Positions 61,437 through 64,000 of a stretch of 64,000 nucleotides of DNA are shown here, piece by piece (position 1 is the first letter of the stretch; each line of letters opens with the position of its first letter). The notes under the pieces were generated by a model that worked only from the letters and a program-made list of their open reading frames with translations, had not been told where the DNA came from and searched no databases. The stretch comes from Propioniciclava tarda (GTDB lineage Bacteria > Actinomycetota > Actinomycetes > Propionibacteriales > Propionibacteriaceae). The translations under genes were made by a program, and so were the position numbers. The stretch is taken from positions 23,664-87,663 of the forward strand of contig NZ_FXTL01000008.1 of NCBI RefSeq assembly GCF_900182665.1, given 5' to 3'.

Positions 61437-63590
61437 ATGGCCTTGGCCGACCCCGATCTGCAGCGGCTTGCGGACGCTCACGGCATCGCGACCGAGTTCT
61501 GGGACTGGAAGGGCCGGCTCACCCCGGTCAGCCCTGAGACGGTCGTCTCGATCCTGGCCGCGCTCGACGTGGACGCCTCGTCCGGCGAGGCCATCGCGAC
61601 GGCCCTGGCCGAACTCGACCTGAAGCCCTGGCGTTCCGCCCTGCCCGCTTGCGTGGTCATCCAGGCCGGCACGGGCACCCACGTCAACGTTCACGTGGAC
61701 CACGGCCGCGAGGCGCGGCTGAGTGTCCGCCTCGAAGAGGGCGGCGAGCGCGACACCTACCAGGTCGAGAACTGGGCACCGCCGCGCTGGGTGGGCGACC
61801 GGTTCCTGGGCGAGGCGACGTTCTGGGTCCCGGGTGACCTGCCGCTCGGCTACCACCGCCTGCACCTGGAGTCGGAGGACTGGAGCGTCGAGTCGTCCCT
61901 GATCGTGACGCCGGCGTTCCTGGGGCTGCCTCCAGCGATGGGCAATCGCCGGATCTGGGGCTACGCGACCCAGCTGTACAGCGTCCGCTCGCACGAGAGC
62001 TGGGGGATGGGCGATCTGGCCGATCTCGGCGATCTGGCGACGTGGTCGTCCACCCAGCAGTTCGCCAACTACGTGCTCGTCAACCCGCTGCACGCCGCCG
62101 AGCCGATGACGCCCCTGGAGCCGTCCCCGTACCTGCCCAGTAGCCGCCGCTACGTCAACCCCCTGTACCTGCGGCCGGAGTCGATCCCCGAGTACGCCGT
62201 GCTGGACGAGAAGGCCCGCCGACAGATCCGTGGGCTCAAAGAGAAGCTGCTCGCCGAGGTCGGCTCGGTCGATCGCATCGAGCGCAACCCGATCTTCGTC
62301 GCCAAGCTGGCGGCGCTCCGCATCATCTTCGACGCCGGTCGAACGCCGGCGCGCCAGATGAGCCTCGACGACTTCGTCCGCCGCGAGGGCCGCGGTCTGA
62401 CCCAGTTCGGGACGTGGTGCGCCCTGGTCGGCGCCCTGGGGATGAATTGGCGCAGCTGGCCGAAGGAGTACCAGCGGCCGTCCTCGCCGGAGGTCGCCGC
62501 CTTCGCCGCCGAGAACGCCGCCGACGTCGAGTTCTTCGTCTGGCTGCAGTGGATCGCCGACACCCAACTCTCGGGCGCCCAGTCGGCCGCCAAGGACGCC
62601 GGCATGCGCGTCGGCATCGTCAACGACCTCGCCGTCGGGGTGTCGAAGGAGAGCGCCGAGGCGTGGGTGCTCGGCGACGCGTTCGCGTCCGGTGTCGAGG
62701 TCGGCGCGCCGCCGGACCACTACAACCAGCTGGGCCAGTCCTGGGGGCAGGCGCCGTGGCGTCCGGACCGTCTGCAGGAGCTGTCGTACGCGCCGTTCCG
62801 GTCGATGGTGGCCGGCATCCTGCGGCACGCGGGCGGCGTCCGGATCGACCACATCATGGGCCTGTTCCGGCTGTGGTGGATCCCGGACGGTCAGCCGCCG
62901 ACGCAGGGCACCTACGTCCGCTACCCGCATGAGGCGATGGTCGGCATCGTCGTGTTGGAGGCCCAGCGCGCCGGTGCCCTCGTCATTGGCGAGGACCTGG
63001 GCACGGTCGAGCCGTGGGTGCGCGACTACCTGCGCGGACGCGGCATCCTCGGCACCTCGGTGGCCTGGTTCGAGTCGGGCCACGACGGAGCGCCGCTGGC
63101 CCCCGAGGCCTACCGCGAGTTCTGCATGGCGTCCGTCACGACCCACGACATGCCGCCGACGGCCGGGTACCTCGCCAAAGACCACATCGCGCTGCAGGCC
63201 GAACTCGGCCTGCTGACCGAGGACGTCGGGGTCGAGGAGCAGAACTTCGACCGGCAGCTCGACACGTGGCGCGCGATCCTGTGGGACCGGGGGCTGTACC
63301 ACCCCGGCGAGGAGGGCGACGACGACGTCGAGGCGATGGTCCTGGCGCTGCACCGGTTCGTGCTGCAATCGCCGGCCCTGGTGGTCTGTGCTGCGCTCGT
63401 GGACGCCGTCGGCGACCGTCGCACCCAGAACCAGCCGGGCACGGTCGACCAGTACCCCAACTGGCGGGTGCCCCTGTCCGGACCCGACGGCACGCTGCTC
63501 TCGCTCGAGGACGTCTTCCGCAGCACGCGGGCTCAGCGGCTCGCCTCGGTCATGAACGGCTTCGCGACGCCGCTGGTCGGGATGCGCTGA
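61437..63590 (+). CDS. malQ: 4-alpha-glucanotransferase (amylomaltase, GH77)
   Basis: GH77 motifs (IWGYATQLYS, RIDHIMGLFRLWWIP, GEDLGTVEP, HDMPP). Start 1 nt after the marR stop. Confidence 0.9.
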   Translation: MALADPDLQRLADAHGIATEFWDWKGRLTPVSPETVVSILAALDVDASSGEAIATALAELDLKPWRSALPACVVIQAGTGTHVNVHVDHGREARLSVRLEEGGERDTYQVENWAPPRWVGDRFLGEATFWVPGDLPLGYHRLHLESEDWSVESSLIVTPAFLGLPPAMGNRRIWGYATQLYSVRSHESWGMGDLADLGDLATWSSTQQFANYVLVNPLHAAEPMTPLEPSPYLPSSRRYVNPLYLRPESIPEYAVLDEKARRQIRGLKEKLLAEVGSVDRIERNPIFVAKLAALRIIFDAGRTPARQMSLDDFVRREGRGLTQFGTWCALVGALGMNWRSWPKEYQRPSSPEVAAFAAENAADVEFFVWLQWIADTQLSGAQSAAKDAGMRVGIVNDLAVGVSKESAEAWVLGDAFASGVEVGAPPDHYNQLGQSWGQAPWRPDRLQELSYAPFRSMVAGILRHAGGVRIDHIMGLFRLWWIPDGQPPTQGTYVRYPHEAMVGIVVLEAQRAGALVIGEDLGTVEPWVRDYLRGRGILGTSVAWFESGHDGAPLAPEAYREFCMASVTTHDMPPTAGYLAKDHIALQAELGLLTEDVGVEEQNFDRQLDTWRAILWDRGLYHPGEEGDDDVEAMVLALHRFVLQSPALVVCAALVDAVGDRRTQNQPGTVDQYPNWRVPLSGPDGTLLSLEDVFRSTRAQRLASVMNGFATPLVGMR

Positions 63591-64000
63591 TCAGGAGTTG
63601 GTGCGCCGCACCCGAACGCCAGCCTCGGTGAGCGCTTCGGTGACGGCGCGGACGCCGTCCGGATGCACGGCCGCGGTGAGGTCGAGGAGGACGGTGGTGG
63701 CGAAGCCGAGCCGTGCGGCGTCCAGGGCCGTGGCCTTGACGCAGTAGTCGGTCGCGATCCCGACTACGTCGACGTCCGTCACGCCGCGGCGGTGCAGGAA
63801 GTCGGCCAACGGCGTCCCGTGTTCGTCGCGTCCCTCGAAGCCGGAATAGGCGGCGGCGTGGCCGCCCTTGGCGAACACGCCCGCGAAGGTGCGATAGGTG
63901 AGGTTCTCGTGCAGCATCGCGCCCAGGGTGTCCTCGACGCAGTGGGGCGGCCAGGTCTCGGCGTAGTCGGGGTCGTCGGAGAAGTGCGTCCCCGGATCGA
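63591..64000 (-). CDS. pncA: Nicotinamidase/pyrazinamidase (isochorismatase family), 3' part; the gene continues beyond the window
   Basis: ...DPGTHFSDDPDYAETWPPHCVEDTLGAMLHEN... and VGIATDYCVKATALDA. Convergent with malQ. Confidence 0.75.
   Translation of the reverse strand, partial: DPGTHFSDDPDYAETWPPHCVEDTLGAMLHENLTYRTFAGVFAKGGHAAAYSGFEGRDEHGTPLADFLHRRGVTDVDVVGIATDYCVKATALDAARLGFATTVLLDLTAAVHPDGVRAVTEALTEAGVRVRRTNS

Overview
High-GC (about 70%) actinobacterial chromosomal window, densely packed with housekeeping genes on both strands. The gene order resembles several Mycobacterium neighbourhoods.

Operons I can recognise:
- A complete SUF Fe-S assembly operon (sufR-sufB-sufD-Rieske-sufC-sufS-sufU-sufT).
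- A membrane H+-pyrophosphatase, an ABC-F ATPase next to a HydE-like radical SAM gene.
- A LacI-regulated sugar ABC importer with a GH32/GH68-type fructosidase.
- RlmA-SURF1-DUF3099, mabA-inhA (FAS-II reductases), phosphoketolase Xfp between NfeD and SPFH genes.
- pmm-punA-lpdA, and the acyl-CoA carboxylase block accA3 / ubiA (DPPR synthase) / maf / DUF937 / accE5-accD5 diverging from birA.
- gtrA, purK-purE, manC, and the whiB2 neighbourhood: WhiB, a very large GT2 membrane glycosyltransferase, a DUF5719-like secreted protein, metallopeptidase, DUF3499, Trm112.
- SixA, an MFS transporter, MarR, malQ, and the start of pncA.

The clear outlier is the left end, roughly 400-2950. It is a lower-GC island with atypical codon usage. 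It carries an N-terminally truncated RHS/YD-repeat protein whose C-terminal about 150 aa is an unclassifiable glycine-zipper-rich domain. A small polytopic membrane protein follows 1 nt after its stop. This looks like an orphan RHS-CT toxin/immunity polymorphic-toxin module, with the core-to-CT junction inside the GC drop.

Other points worth a second look:
- Two +1 frameshifts in simple repeats: a MerR-family gene, and a small ORF after inhA.
- A tandem 17-bp repeat in the accD5/birA divergent promoter region.
- A degenerate iteron-like repeat array after birA.
- LacI operator palindromes.

No rRNA, tRNA, CRISPR array or transposase was seen. The numerous long antisense ORFs in the six-frame track are high-GC shadow ORFs.
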